Assembly (NCBI GenBank): GCA_043800705.1 | Contig: JAZDMS010000010.1 | Coordinates: forward strand, 32,001 to 96,000 | From: Candidatus Altiarchaeota archaeon | GTDB lineage: Archaea; Altiarchaeota; Altiarchaeia; IMC4; SCGC-AAA252-I15 | Direction of reading: 5' to 3' | Length of the DNA stretch: 64,000 bases | Part shown: piece by piece, positions 18,287 to 29,300 of the stretch | Layout: each line of letters starts with the position of its first letter | How positions within the stretch are numbered: position 1 is the first letter of the stretch | The notes under the pieces: generated by a model | What the model was told of the DNA's origin: nothing | The model's input: the letters and a program-made list of their open reading frames with translations, nothing else | The model's database searches: none | Position numbers and translations under genes: made by a program

Positions 18287-19699
18287 ATGGTATCGAGGCA
18301 GGCTAGGCGGCGGGGAAACGGAGAGAATCCTCCAAGCCCCGAGGTAAGAGACCTGCCGACGATGCGTTTCAAAGGCGAGGATTCAAAAAGCAGCCGCGGC
18401 TCAGGCAAGCAGGATATGTTACCTGGGATGACGCCCGCCGAAATATTCGCCGTAGGCACGTCTGTTCTGGGAGCGAAACGCAGGTTATATGGATCAATCC
18501 GCCAGGTCGACGGTCGATTGAGGGGCCTCAGCTCCGCGAATGCGGAGGAGGCCCATGCGGCTCGCCAATTTCTAGCGGAAACGATGAGCCGGATCACTGG
18601 GAGGTCTGTCGAAGCCGATGCATTCCAAAGCGCCGTTTGGCATGATGGTACGGTTTCTTTCAAAGGAGCAGGGGCATCCAGAGGATTCGCTCGCATGTCA
18701 AAAAATGGGGCGTCAGAAGAATACGACGCGGTTTCAGAAAAGCTGGGTTTTCAGGGCACAGGAGGCGTCTGTTTCAGGGGGGCGGGCAGGAGCGTCGGCG
18801 AGGAGGGGGGTGTCACTTTCGTCCGCTCCATCCGTCGAAAAGATGTGATCTCACATGAGGCTGAGCACAGAGCGGACTTACTGGTCAGGGAGAGGTATCT
18901 GGCCAATCGTGCAATCACCGAATTAAAATCGTTTTCCAGAAACGTTCAGGCAGGGACTTGGAGCTGGGAGCAGGTTAAAAGGAGTTTTTTCGATTATTAT
19001 ATGAAGAAGAATTGGGGCACCCATCGGTTGTCGGCGGAAGAGCTGAGGGATGCAAGGAAGCAGATAGTGCGGGCGGTCGATAACGCGGAGAAGCTGGTCG
19101 AAAAGGTGGCCGATGAGCATCTGAAAAAAGGTTACTCGCCGGAAGACTCCCGCAAGCGCGGATACCAGCGGCTGAGGAACATACTCGAAGGCTCCCTGAT
19201 GCTCGGTCAATTCAACGAAGTCGCGGAAGACGTCCTCTCGGGGAGGATAGGCAGCAGGGAGGCCGTCAACTCGAACCTGCGAAAATCTCAGCGGATGCTT
19301 TCGGAGACGAGGCCGGCTCCGTGGATGCCAAGCCGGGAGACTGGAACCAAGGCCGTCCCCCCTTCAGTCAACCTGGGGCGGCGTGTCGGCCTCCTGGAGC
19401 GGGTTGTCGATGCCCCTTTCCCTGCTGGTGGGGGGAGGATTGCTGGCAGGGTTCGCCTCATTGGTCCTGCCGAGGATGTGGTGGACGACCTGCTTCAAGA
19501 GCGGTTTCGGCTGTCATCGGACCGTTTCCGGCGGGTCGTCGAATCTCAAAGCGCAGAGCGTAGCATGGGGGCTGTCAAAGAAGATCGTGTGAGGCCCGCG
19601 AAGGAGGATCTGGTAGCGGACGGTCGGTCGGAGGATGACGAACGGGAGGCATCAGATCCGGAAGCTAAACCGAAGCGTCACAAGGGTTCTGATCAATGA
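18287..19699 (+). CDS. Hypothetical protein with an HExxH (HEAEH) motif
   Basis: 470-aa ORF between tRNA-Val and rpl37e on the opposite strand; no family recognised. Confidence 0.6.
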   Translation: MVSRQARRRGNGENPPSPEVRDLPTMRFKGEDSKSSRGSGKQDMLPGMTPAEIFAVGTSVLGAKRRLYGSIRQVDGRLRGLSSANAEEAHAARQFLAETMSRITGRSVEADAFQSAVWHDGTVSFKGAGASRGFARMSKNGASEEYDAVSEKLGFQGTGGVCFRGAGRSVGEEGGVTFVRSIRRKDVISHEAEHRADLLVRERYLANRAITELKSFSRNVQAGTWSWEQVKRSFFDYYMKKNWGTHRLSAEELRDARKQIVRAVDNAEKLVEKVADEHLKKGYSPEDSRKRGYQRLRNILEGSLMLGQFNEVAEDVLSGRIGSREAVNSNLRKSQRMLSETRPAPWMPSRETGTKAVPPSVNLGRRVGLLERVVDAPFPAGGGRIAGRVRLIGPAEDVVDDLLQERFRLSSDRFRRVVESQSAERSMGAVKEDRVRPAKEDLVADGRSEDDEREASDPEAKPKRHKGSDQ

Positions 19700-19744
19700 G
19701 ATAAAAAAACAATTTGGGGGATTCTATCCCCATCCTTTGTTGGT

Positions 19745-19936
19745 TTATCGCTTCCTCTTCGTCACCCTCTTCTTCGAGTGTGCTTGGGGCTTGTGTTTGA
19801 TCCTGGGGCCTCTTCCGAATCCGCATGCCGCGCATTCCTTCTTCCTCTGGTGGTAGCTTTTCTTTCCGCAGCGGGGGCATGTGACGTGGGTCTTCCTCTT
19901 TCCCCTTTTCCCGTGGCTTGTCGTTCCTTTCGTCAT
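19745..19936 (-). CDS. rpl37e: 50S ribosomal protein L37e
   Basis: [27 protein letters not shown]. Confidence 0.97.
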   Translation of the reverse strand: MTKGTTSHGKRGKRKTHVTCPRCGKKSYHQRKKECAACGFGRGPRIKHKPQAHSKKRVTKRKR

Positions 19937-19949
19937 TTTGGGGCTCCCT

Positions 19950-20156
19950 TTAGCTTATGAAGAGGATCATGTCTCCGCGCAGGAACACTCTCCTGAACTT
20001 CTTCCCTACGTCGCCGTCCTGGAATTCTGCATCCTCCAGTACGAGGTTTATGTGTATGTCAAAGGCTTTTAGTTTGCCCCTGATCTCCATGCCGTTCTTC
20101 AGTCTCACGAGGATTTGGTTGTCCAATAGTTCGCCCAATGCGTCCAATGGTTTCAT
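19950..20156 (-). CDS. Archaeal Sm-like (Lsm/SmAP1) protein
   Basis: [19 protein letters not shown]; conserved position upstream of rpl37e. Confidence 0.95.
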   Translation of the reverse strand: MKPLDALGELLDNQILVRLKNGMEIRGKLKAFDIHINLVLEDAEFQDGDVGKKFRRVFLRGDMILFIS

Positions 20157-20273
20157 AGAAACACCTTTAAAATAATAATTTAGTTGTTTGTTTTAGATTA
20201 TGTTCGCAGCCTTTAAAAATGTGTTTTGTCCCGTGTTCAGGATGTTCATATAGGTCCGCACTCATATCTTATC

Positions 20274-21308
20274 ATGTCTTTTTGCCGTGAGCTGCGCCTT
20301 CACATCGGAAAGGTCCGCTCCGAGATGGGGAAGGTGGGCGCAGGCGCGTATTTCGGTTCGGGGGAGGTCGATGCCCTGTATCTCACTGGCAGGGAGACGG
20401 GTCGGGTGCTGGTGACTCAGTCGTCTGCAGTCCTCTGGGTCAAGGACGTTTATTTAGACCTGTATCACGACCTTTACTCCTCTGGCGGGTATCCCCTGGA
20501 GGTGAGGGTCCACGACAAGGGCGATGTCGAGTCTTTCCTTAGGGGGATGCGTTCGAAGAGTGTATGCGTGTCTTCCGCGGACCAGAAGGAGGCCATGGGG
20601 AAGGCCTCCAATAAGCCGGTGTTCGTCGGCGACTTGGTCAAGGTCGCCCGGTCGGTGAAGACAAGGTGGGAGATCGGGTGTATAAGGAAGTCTTGCAGGA
20701 TAGCTAAGGCAGGGATGCGGAAGGCGCGTGAGGTCATTGGCGTGGGCGTGCGGGAGTTGGATGCTGTTGCGGAGATAGAGGGCGAGATCCGAAGGAGGGG
20801 GTCGGAGGCGCCTCCGTTCAAGGGCGGCATGCTTCTTGCATCGGGCAGGCGTTCGGCTGACATCCATGCGAAGGCGTCTCTCAGGCGGATCGGCGACGGT
20901 CCGGTCGTTGTCGACCTGGGCGCCGTCTGCCGCGGATATTTCTCTGACATGACCCGGACATTTGCAGCCGGCCGCGTCTCCTCAGATGAACGATCTGTGA
21001 TGTCGTTCGTGAAGGGCCTGCGCGACGAGGCCATAGACATGATCCGGCCTGGGATGTATGCGTCTTCGGTGCATCGGTTCGTGGACGGGCGGATCGAGGC
21101 TAAAGGCTATAAGTTCCATCATTTGAGCGGCCACGGCGTCGGCTTGGAGATACATGAGAATCCGAGCTTCAACCCCGACAATAGAATGCGTCTGAAGGCT
21201 GGGATGGTGTTCACAGTCGAGCCCGGGGTCTATCTGCCCGGCAGGTTCGGCGTCAGGTTCGAGGATACGGTCATATTGGCTAAGGGCGGCTGCGTCAAGC
21301 TCACTTAG
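20274..21308 (+). CDS. Xaa-Pro peptidase, M24 family
   Basis: VDLG, SDMTRT, GHGVGLEIHE, TVEPGVY, GVRFED. Confidence 0.9.
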   Translation: MSFCRELRLHIGKVRSEMGKVGAGAYFGSGEVDALYLTGRETGRVLVTQSSAVLWVKDVYLDLYHDLYSSGGYPLEVRVHDKGDVESFLRGMRSKSVCVSSADQKEAMGKASNKPVFVGDLVKVARSVKTRWEIGCIRKSCRIAKAGMRKAREVIGVGVRELDAVAEIEGEIRRRGSEAPPFKGGMLLASGRRSADIHAKASLRRIGDGPVVVDLGAVCRGYFSDMTRTFAAGRVSSDERSVMSFVKGLRDEAIDMIRPGMYASSVHRFVDGRIEAKGYKFHHLSGHGVGLEIHENPSFNPDNRMRLKAGMVFTVEPGVYLPGRFGVRFEDTVILAKGGCVKLT

Positions 21309-21573
21309 CCTTCATCTTCAGGTATTTGTGCGTCAGCCTCATCGCGTACGGCGTCTGGTCCGGAATCTTATCCCTGGTTGTCCTATGGTCCTCAGCCACC
21401 ATTTCGGCTGTGTGCTCGAGGATGGCCTTCCTCTCCTCCTTCGTCAGTGCGTTCCATATGTCTTTTGTGAGTTGGGCCTCCTCCTGGGAGGGTATGCCTT
21501 CGTCGGTGAATGGGAGGGATGCGATTCTTCTTTCAAACATTTCCCCGACCCCGATGAGCATCTCCCCGCTCAT
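21301..21573 (-). CDS. Small hypothetical protein
   Basis: 90-aa ORF, ATGA-coupled to an upstream 56-aa ORF. Confidence 0.5.
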   Translation of the reverse strand: MSGEMLIGVGEMFERRIASLPFTDEGIPSQEEAQLTKDIWNALTKEERKAILEHTAEMVAEDHRTTRDKIPDQTPYAMRLTHKYLKMKAK

Positions 21574-21740
21574 CGTTTGCCCTCTACAGCCCTTGAGGCC
21601 TTTTTGGGGGTGTATCTTGCAGCATGGTCGTTTAGGAGGTTGAAACGAGTGGGTATGGGGCCGATCATGTCGTCTTCTTTCAGCGGATTTGGCAGGTCGG
21701 TTTCCGATGTCGCCACCTTTCGCGCCTCTTTCGAAGCCAT
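21570..21740 (-). CDS. Small hypothetical protein (56 aa, not in ORF track)
   Basis: MASKEARKVATSETDLPNPL...VEGKR*; TTTATA upstream; stop overlaps the next ATG. Confidence 0.4.
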   Translation of the reverse strand: MASKEARKVATSETDLPNPLKEDDMIGPIPTRFNLLNDHAARYTPKKASRAVEGKR

Positions 21741-21774
21741 GGTTATTATCTTCCTGTTCTGCTATAAATAATCC

Positions 21775-22095
21775 ATGGGCCGCTCGAGGGATAAGGGGGA
21801 GCAGAGGGATATTGCGCTCGAACGCGTCATGTTGCTTCTTGCCCAGGCCGAGTCTTTGGCGTCTGGGGGCGATCCGGGTTCAGCGTCTTCGAGGGTGAGG
21901 CTGGCGAACAGGATATGTCTCCGTTTCAATCTGCGCCTTCCGCCTGTTTTGAGGCTGCGGTACTGCCGCGGGTGCCTGTCGTATTTCACGTTATCGAATT
22001 CCCGCCGCAGGCTGGATCCGAGGAATCGGAGGCTTGTGGTCAGATGCCTCGCCTGTGGTAGATGCGCATACCGCCCGTATTTCAAGAAGGCTTAG
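21775..22095 (+). CDS. rnp4: Ribonuclease P protein subunit Rpp21
   Basis: IALERV, YCRGC, RCLACG, RPY. Confidence 0.85.
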   Translation: MGRSRDKGEQRDIALERVMLLLAQAESLASGGDPGSASSRVRLANRICLRFNLRLPPVLRLRYCRGCLSYFTLSNSRRRLDPRNRRLVVRCLACGRCAYRPYFKKA

Positions 22096-25000
22096 TCTTC
22101 TTCTTCACGAAACTTGTGATGTTGAGCATCAGCTTCTCGGCTGGTGACGGGGTCTTTGGCTGATTCGGCTCTGCGGCCTGCGGGGGTTTTGTTGTCTGTG
22201 CGGGAGGCTCCTGAGGCGGCGTTTTCACTGGCTCTTGCGGTTTCTTTTCATCCTTAGGTATGAGGGTTATCCTGTGGCGTATGCCCTTCTTGCCTGAGCC
22301 GGCCGACGGCTGCGGTATTTGAGGCTTCGGCTGCTGGGGTATTGTCTGCGGGGCTTTTGGCGGTATTGTCTGGGGTTTGGGTTGTTGGGGCGGCGTCTGT
22401 TGCATCGGCTGTGTTGTCTGCTGTTTGGGTTGTTGGGGTATTGTCTGCGGGGCTTTTGGCGGTATTGTCTGGGGTTTGGGTTGTTGGGGCGGCGTCTGTT
22501 GCATCGGCTGTGTTGTCTGCGGCTTAGGCTGCATCGGTCTCATGGGGCCCGACTGCGTTGTGGCCGGCCTGGCCACCGGTTGTGTAAGTGGTCTCTGCAT
22601 CTGCGGCATCGGGAATTTACCTGGAGGCTGCGGCTTGTATCCAGGCTGCGGCATCGGCGGCCTCTGAGGCTGGCCTGGCATCCTCGGCGGCAGCTGCCCC
22701 GGCGGAATCGGCCTGTACTGTCCCTGCGGCATCTGCTTGTATTGCATTGATACTGTCGACGGCTGTTTCTTGAGTATGATCGCTGCTGCGAGGATGAGGA
22801 GCGCGATGGTGACTACTACCGTAGAATTCATCCATCCCGAGGATGAGGTCGTCGGGGTCTGGGCTTTGTTCGAGTTGTCGATGATCTTCCTCGCCTTGGC
22901 ATATCCGGCATAGTCTCCGCTTTCGTTGAACTTCCTTGACGCGTTCTCCGCGTATTCGGCGGCCTTCTTGAAATACGCCCCCCTCCAGTACAATTCCGCG
23001 TCGTTGTAGAGCATATTGGCCTCATACATATTGTTGGCTTTCTGGTAGAGCTTCAGCGATTTTTCGAATCCCTCCGCGCTCGTGTTCTCGAACCATTTCA
23101 TGGCCTCCTTCGCGTTCTCTGTCGCGTTTTCGAAGCTGCTCCTGTTGAGGGCTGCGGCCGCGGCGGCATATGATTCATCGCCTTTTATGGTGTCTACGGT
23201 CCTGTCAATCTTCGCCATATCCTCGGTCCTTCCCGCAAGTTCGAACGATTTTTTCGCGAATCCGAGGAGCATCTTGGCGGTATCGAGCCTGCCTTCCTTC
23301 AGCGCGCTCATCCCGTCCTCGTAGTACGTCTGCGCATTGTCCTGGTTTTTGGTGATTACTGTGAGATTCTGGCATTTAATGATGCCTTCGGTGTCGTTCA
23401 GGCTCCTGAAGAACGTCTTTGCGGCTTCGATGTATACCGACGCGTTGGAGTGCAGTCCGCTGTCGAAGTAGTATTTTCCTTCGAGGTAGTATTTTTCGGC
23501 CTCGATCCTGCGGAAGAGTATGTCGCTCCTGTCCATCCCCCCCGTGTCGTTTACCTGCCTGTAAGTTTCGGCCGCCCTCTGCAGCTGCTGCCCTGCGTCT
23601 TCGAAGTCGCCTTGCTCGTAGAGTCTCTGCGCGTCCTGGAGGATCCTGTCCGAGTCGATGCTCTCCAGGAGGTCGTCGCATTTGTCTATGCCCCTGATGT
23701 ACTTGACCTTCGCGTATATCTCGCGGGCCTGGTTGATGAGGGGTATGGCTTCCGCGAAGTTGCCGACTCCCTTTTGTTCGAGGGCTTTGAGGTAGAGTGC
23801 GTCGCCTACCCCTATGCTCCTGCCCCTTCTGTCCCCGAATAGGTAGACTTTTCCGTTATCTGAGCCGATGGCTATCTCCGGGGACCCGTCGCCTGTGAGG
23901 TCCGCGACCGCCGGCGATGACCTGACCGCGGACCCGGTATCGTGGCTGAACCTCCGGACGCCGGGGTAGTCGACGATGTAGAAGCTGCCTTCGTTGCTGC
24001 CGAATATGACCTCGATCGTGCCGTCGCCGTCGAGGTCGGCTAGCGCAGGGGAGGATTCGATCGGCTTGCTGAGCGTATACGTCCTGTTGTCCGTCCCGTC
24101 GGAGTTGACGAAATGGAGGTTTTTATCGCCGGCTCCGACTGCCAGCCCGTATCCTCCTTCGGGGAACACGTCCCCGACCGCCGTGGATGATCTGATCGGA
24201 CTGTCGATCGTGTGATTCCACAGGAGTCCGAGGCCGCTCAGGCTGATCGTGTCGGTGCCCCACACATCGTCTACCCGGACCCTCCTCGTCTCGGCAGTGC
24301 CCATCCACTGTATCTCCAGCCTGTATATCACTCCGTCCTCGGAGCCGACGATTATCCTCCCGGATTCGTCTATGGTCGGGGTCGCGCTAATGTCCCCCTT
24401 CGTAAGGTACTGCCAGACCTTGTAGGGGGGGTATTTCAGGACATAGATGATGTTGTCCGCTGAACCGATGATGATCTCGTCTTTCCCGTCGATGTCGATG
24501 TCGTATATGGCTGGCGAGGAGTCGATCTTGTCCAGCGTCTTGTACGACCAGTCCTCGACTCCCTTGGAGTTGAGGGCGTATATCCTTCCATCCTCGGATC
24601 CGAACACTATCTTGTTGTCGGACTGCGGGTCGGTCTCGATGAGTGCGGGCGAAGACCTGACAGGCCCCCCCGTGGAGAAGTTCCATATGTGCCTTCCGCG
24701 GCTGTCCAAGAGGTAGAGCCTGCCGTCGTCGGAGCCGATGAGTATTTCGGTCTTTTGGTCTTTGAAGACGTCAGCCGCGGTCGGCGACGACCTGACCGGC
24801 CCGCCGGTCTTGAACCTCCATTCAACCTCGCCCTGATAATCCAGGGCATAGACGTATCCGTCGGCGGATCCGAACACGATCTCCTTGATGCCGTCCATGT
24901 CTATGTCTGATATCACCGGCGAGGACTCGACCTGGCCCCCCGTCTGGTAGTCCCAGAGGGCTCCGAAGTCGCTCATGTTGCACCAGGTTTCCGCGTCGCT

Positions 25001-25102
25001 CTCCCCGGTCCGCAGGAAATTCCCCCTGAACGTGGGCCAGTCTGCGGCCGCGGCGTTCTGTGCCAGGATTAGTAGGATCGCGAGGTATGGGGCGCTTCTC
25101 AT
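22082..25102 (-). CDS. Surface protein: signal peptide, FG-GAP/PQQ beta-propeller, TPR-like helices, TM, Pro/Gln-rich tail
   Basis: WPTFRGN..RTG; repeated SSP..D.DGDG..EI..GS.DG; helical repeats; TM near residue 770. Confidence 0.8.
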   Translation of the reverse strand: MRSAPYLAILLILAQNAAAADWPTFRGNFLRTGESDAETWCNMSDFGALWDYQTGGQVESSPVISDIDMDGIKEIVFGSADGYVYALDYQGEVEWRFKTGGPVRSSPTAADVFKDQKTEILIGSDDGRLYLLDSRGRHIWNFSTGGPVRSSPALIETDPQSDNKIVFGSEDGRIYALNSKGVEDWSYKTLDKIDSSPAIYDIDIDGKDEIIIGSADNIIYVLKYPPYKVWQYLTKGDISATPTIDESGRIIVGSEDGVIYRLEIQWMGTAETRRVRVDDVWGTDTISLSGLGLLWNHTIDSPIRSSTAVGDVFPEGGYGLAVGAGDKNLHFVNSDGTDNRTYTLSKPIESSPALADLDGDGTIEVIFGSNEGSFYIVDYPGVRRFSHDTGSAVRSSPAVADLTGDGSPEIAIGSDNGKVYLFGDRRGRSIGVGDALYLKALEQKGVGNFAEAIPLINQAREIYAKVKYIRGIDKCDDLLESIDSDRILQDAQRLYEQGDFEDAGQQLQRAAETYRQVNDTGGMDRSDILFRRIEAEKYYLEGKYYFDSGLHSNASVYIEAAKTFFRSLNDTEGIIKCQNLTVITKNQDNAQTYYEDGMSALKEGRLDTAKMLLGFAKKSFELAGRTEDMAKIDRTVDTIKGDESYAAAAAALNRSSFENATENAKEAMKWFENTSAEGFEKSLKLYQKANNMYEANMLYNDAELYWRGAYFKKAAEYAENASRKFNESGDYAGYAKARKIIDNSNKAQTPTTSSSGWMNSTVVVTIALLILAAAIILKKQPSTVSMQYKQMPQGQYRPIPPGQLPPRMPGQPQRPPMPQPGYKPQPPGKFPMPQMQRPLTQPVARPATTQSGPMRPMQPKPQTTQPMQQTPPQQPKPQTIPPKAPQTIPQQPKQQTTQPMQQTPPQQPKPQTIPPKAPQTIPQQPKPQIPQPSAGSGKKGIRHRITLIPKDEKKPQEPVKTPPQEPPAQTTKPPQAAEPNQPKTPSPAEKLMLNITSFVKKKTKPS
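22335..22520. repeat. 99-bp-period tandem duplication (33-aa repeat) in the Pro/Gln tail
   Basis: QTTQPMQQTPPQQPKPQTIPPKAPQTIPQQPK twice, nearly identical at DNA level. Confidence 0.9.
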
Positions 25103-25144
25103 AGGGTTAATTAATGATGCGACTAAATCATATTAATAGTGAAG

Positions 25145-25852
25145 ATGAGAAGCGTCAGCGGTCGGGGGCAGAGCGGCATCGAGCTCATCGTCGGCGTGGC
25201 ACTCATCCTGGTGGTCTTTTTAATCGTGGTCCTGATGGTCATGGACAAGACCGCAGAGACCTCGAGGGTAAAAAGTCTCATCGACGCGCAGAGGGTCGGT
25301 GTCAGCATGAGGGACAACATCAACATGATAAACGATGAGGGTCCGGGATACTATGCCTACGTCTCGATTCCCGAGCGCATCCATGGCGGATACGAGTACG
25401 ACATCATTGCGAGGAACAATGTCCTGGAGATCGTCTGGGAGGACAACGCGTGGACGACGAAGGTCATTCCCACGAACGTGACCATATACTGCCTCGACAA
25501 GGGTTACACCCTTAAAAACAGGATATTCTACGGCTCTGAAGGCATCGAGGTGACCTGCAACCGCCCGAATCTGAGAGTCGTTCCTCACACCGTCGTCAGA
25601 ACCCCTGGCAAGACCACAATCGACGTAGTGAACGACGCGCACGTCGACGCAGGTATTTTCAGGACGAGATTCCAGACCAACTCCACGCCCTCGACATCAT
25701 TCGCTGTCACGGCGGGGCTTGCTGCGGGCGATACTACAACCCTGGAATTCAACCTGCAAGCCAACAACTTCACATATTTCGCCGTCGACTATCTCGGCGA
25801 CGTAAACGAGAGCATCGAATCCGACAACGGGATGAACGAGACCCTATCATGA
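25145..25852 (+). CDS. Pilin-like protein with class III signal peptide and CARDB-like tail
   Basis: RGQ|SGIEL plus hydrophobic helix; C-terminal VDY.G.VNESIESDN. Confidence 0.75.
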   Translation: MRSVSGRGQSGIELIVGVALILVVFLIVVLMVMDKTAETSRVKSLIDAQRVGVSMRDNINMINDEGPGYYAYVSIPERIHGGYEYDIIARNNVLEIVWEDNAWTTKVIPTNVTIYCLDKGYTLKNRIFYGSEGIEVTCNRPNLRVVPHTVVRTPGKTTIDVVNDAHVDAGIFRTRFQTNSTPSTSFAVTAGLAAGDTTTLEFNLQANNFTYFAVDYLGDVNESIESDNGMNETLS

Positions 25853-26391
25853 AGCCAAATTCGGATCAAGGGCAGATGTTCAGCGGCGAGTTCATCCTCG
25901 GATTCATCCTGTTTGCCGTTGCGTTCGCCATGATGATCTCCCTCTGGGACACGACGACACGGGACGTCCTGCGGGCCGAAAGCATCAGGGAGATGAACGA
26001 CGCAGCAGTCAACGCAGCGGAGACGCTCGTCAGGACGCCGGGCGTGCCTTCGGATTGGAACCGGTCGAATGTCGCCTCCCTCGGCCTGGCCAACCAAAGC
26101 AGGATACTACACCCACTGAAGGTGAAGGAATTCGTCCATTACATGAGCACGAACGAGACCGGCCTCTGCGGCTCCGAGAAAAACTATCAATGCAACCTGC
26201 ATATGCTCGGCCTCGGCGGATACGATTTCATGATGAACATATCGTACGTCAACGGGACGACCGTGAACGTGAACGGGACGCCCGCCTACGTCGGCCGCCC
26301 GCCCGTCAACGAGACCGAGCGGATCACGGTGCTTCGGACGACGATATTAAACGATGAAATAACAAGACTATACCTGACGGTGTGGAAATGA
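25849..26391 (+). CDS. Minor pilin-like protein
   Basis: QGQ|MFSGEF plus TM; LVRTPGVPSDW..LGLA motif. Confidence 0.7.
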   Translation: MKPNSDQGQMFSGEFILGFILFAVAFAMMISLWDTTTRDVLRAESIREMNDAAVNAAETLVRTPGVPSDWNRSNVASLGLANQSRILHPLKVKEFVHYMSTNETGLCGSEKNYQCNLHMLGLGGYDFMMNISYVNGTTVNVNGTPAYVGRPPVNETERITVLRTTILNDEITRLYLTVWK

Positions 26392-29300
26392 AAAGGGGGT
26401 ATGCCATTATCCTGGACGCCGTGGTGGCGCTGACCTTCGTCCTGGTTATCATGGCGTCATTTCTCGGGATCGTAAAGACGTCGTCAATCGTCTCCGAATC
26501 CAGCATGGTGCGGCTCCACTACGTATCCGAGGACGCGCTGGACGTGCTGAACAAGAAGGGCGTCCTAGACTATGTCGGCGAGGAGTGGGCTGCGGCGGAC
26601 GGCAACCGATCGAGCGGCCATTTCGCGAACGCCAACCTAACGTTATCGTCCTACCTGGAGCGCATCCTCCCCCCCAACGTCGGCTACCGGATCACGATAG
26701 ACGACGATGTCGTCGCGGAGAACATCAGCCGGATCCCCCTGGATTCGTCGACTTCCCTGACCCACTCCACCCGCCTGCTCGTCGGATACGGCAAAGGCCT
26801 TCCAACCCGGGGGAACGTCGCCAGGGCGGCATTGAACAACATCAAGGAGAAGGAAACCTCATCGTATACGTACTTCGGGGGCTTCGTGGGGGAGGGCAAT
26901 ATAACAGTCTACGTCCGCGACATACCAGCAGACGCTGACATACTCAGCTGCTGCCTTGAGGTGAACACGCCATCGGACTACGACCTGTACATCAACGACC
27001 AGCTCGCAGGATCTTTCTCCCCCGTTTCATCGAGCGACATGTCTGCTACATTGAGGGACCGCTCCCAGACCGGATGTCCCGTGCCTTCCGGCACCGGCAG
27101 CGGCTGCGTTGCGGGATGCTCACCCCTCATCTCCCCCGGCGAGGACAACGAGTTCGAGATCAGGTTTACTGGCTCCGACATCAGCGAACAGTACGTCGGA
27201 GGGGGATACATCCACGTCCTGTACAACACAAACACCATGGACACCGACGAGGCTGTGAAGATGTCGAGGTACTATTTCCCGGGAATCGACGGCATCATCA
27301 ACCTCTACGACTCCTTCTACGTGCCAGGGAGGCTTCAGTCCATGGATGCTAGGATACGGTACAAGAGCAACTACTCCACATTCCTGGACATCGGCGACAT
27401 CACCGTATTCAACTCAAGCGGAGGGGACCCCGACTGGCAGGAGGTCAACATATCCGACAGCAACTTCTTGACCATGGGGTTCATCTACTCGTCCGGCGGA
27501 TTCCCCCAGGACCTGACATCGCTGAGCATGAACACCGTGCCGCTGAGGTTCGGCTCCAAGAACATCAGCCAGGTCATAGCGTCGGGGAACGCCGACGTCG
27601 TACTGATAACCGACGTCTCCGGCAGCATGGCCTGGCGCATCGGATACACGGACAGCACTTCGGGCACGACCCGCGACTGCAACAGCCCGAACCTTTACGA
27701 CGCCGACACCAGACGGATCAGCCTCGCGAAATGCCTCGACAAGCAGTTCATCAACACCGTCATGAACAGGAGCGGCAACAGGATGGCGCTCATATCCTTC
27801 GACGACCTCGCGGAAGCCGACGGCAGAAACCCGTACCACCTGACCGACGCGCAGAACAACGCGAGCCTCATCGCCCAGATAAACAGCTACTCCAACAGCC
27901 CCTCCGGGGGGACATGCATATGCTGCGCCATAAATCTGGCATACGAAATCCTGCAGGCCGAACGCGACCCCGGAAAGGACGCATACATCATCGTCATGAC
28001 CGACGGCATCGCGGGGAAGAACTGCGGCGGGTGCAGCTACGGCAGGGGCCCGATATTCACATCGAGCTTCGAGGACGCATCGGAAGCGTCAAGCTGGATG
28101 GTTGACCCTGTCAGGACGACGGCGTCCACGGGCTATTATTTCGGCATGTCCGACAACGGCTCAATCGGCGCGCATACGGGGGACAGCTACCTCGGAATCT
28201 GGGGCAACTTCACGGGATATCTCGTCCTAAACAGGACCAAGATCGACATATCCAACTATACCGACGTAAATGTGAGCGTCTGGTACAGCTACGAGAGCAC
28301 GGAATCGACCGACCGGTTGGCGTTCCTGTACTGGAACGGGACGCGCTGGAGGACGGTCTTCAACATAACGAACCCAAACATCGGCAACGGGAACCAGGCC
28401 GCATGGCGCAACGCCTGGGCCCTCATCCCCTCGACCGTCGAGAACCTGACCCTCCAGTTCATGGGCAGGACCGACAACACCTCCGAGAGGGAGCATGTGA
28501 TGATAGACGACCTAGAGGTTCAGGGGCACGGCCTGTACACATGCGACAGCTGCGGCGGCAATTGCTCGAGCAAGACGGGGACGGACAGCTGCGGCGGAAA
28601 CCCGTCGGACTGCTACAACAACGCATGCTATCCCGCCATATACGACACCATATGCTCCGCCAAGCGGGCGCACAACGACCTCGGCGCGGAGATCCGGTCA
28701 ATCGGCTTCGGCCCAGCGACGGTGGGATGCCTGACCGCGGAAACCACGCTAATGGGCGTCGCAACATGCGGCGAGGGCGATTACTGCCCCGGCGGGAACG
28801 CCACAGCCGCGGCGTCATGCTATCTGAACTTCTCCACCCAGATATTTGACTCCTCAACGAGGAGCCAGTCCATCGTGTTCGGCGGCGCCTTCGAGGAGAG
28901 CGTCCTGGACCCGATCTCCTACATAGAGTTCACATTCGAGCCGGAGAACAGGTCCTCATACGGGGAAGTGTCGCTCAAGCGCTCCACATGCAGGTTCGCA
29001 GATACCGTCTCCTGCACCGGTGACATCGCAGTCCCGTCAGGGGCCGTCGTCTCGGACGCCAAGGTCACCTCATACTCCGGCCCCCAATGGACGGATTACG
29101 TGACCCTCGCATCGAGCGGCTCCCCCGACACGGTATACAACCTCGGAGCATGGGGCTCGGGATATCAGGTTCTCGGCGACCCTTTTATCGTCAACATCCC
29201 GGTCGAATACGTGGAATCCGACGTCAACAACGAGATATACGTGCGGACAGGCAACAGCTCAAGCTCCCCTACGGGATGCTCTCCCGACGACAAGGCGATA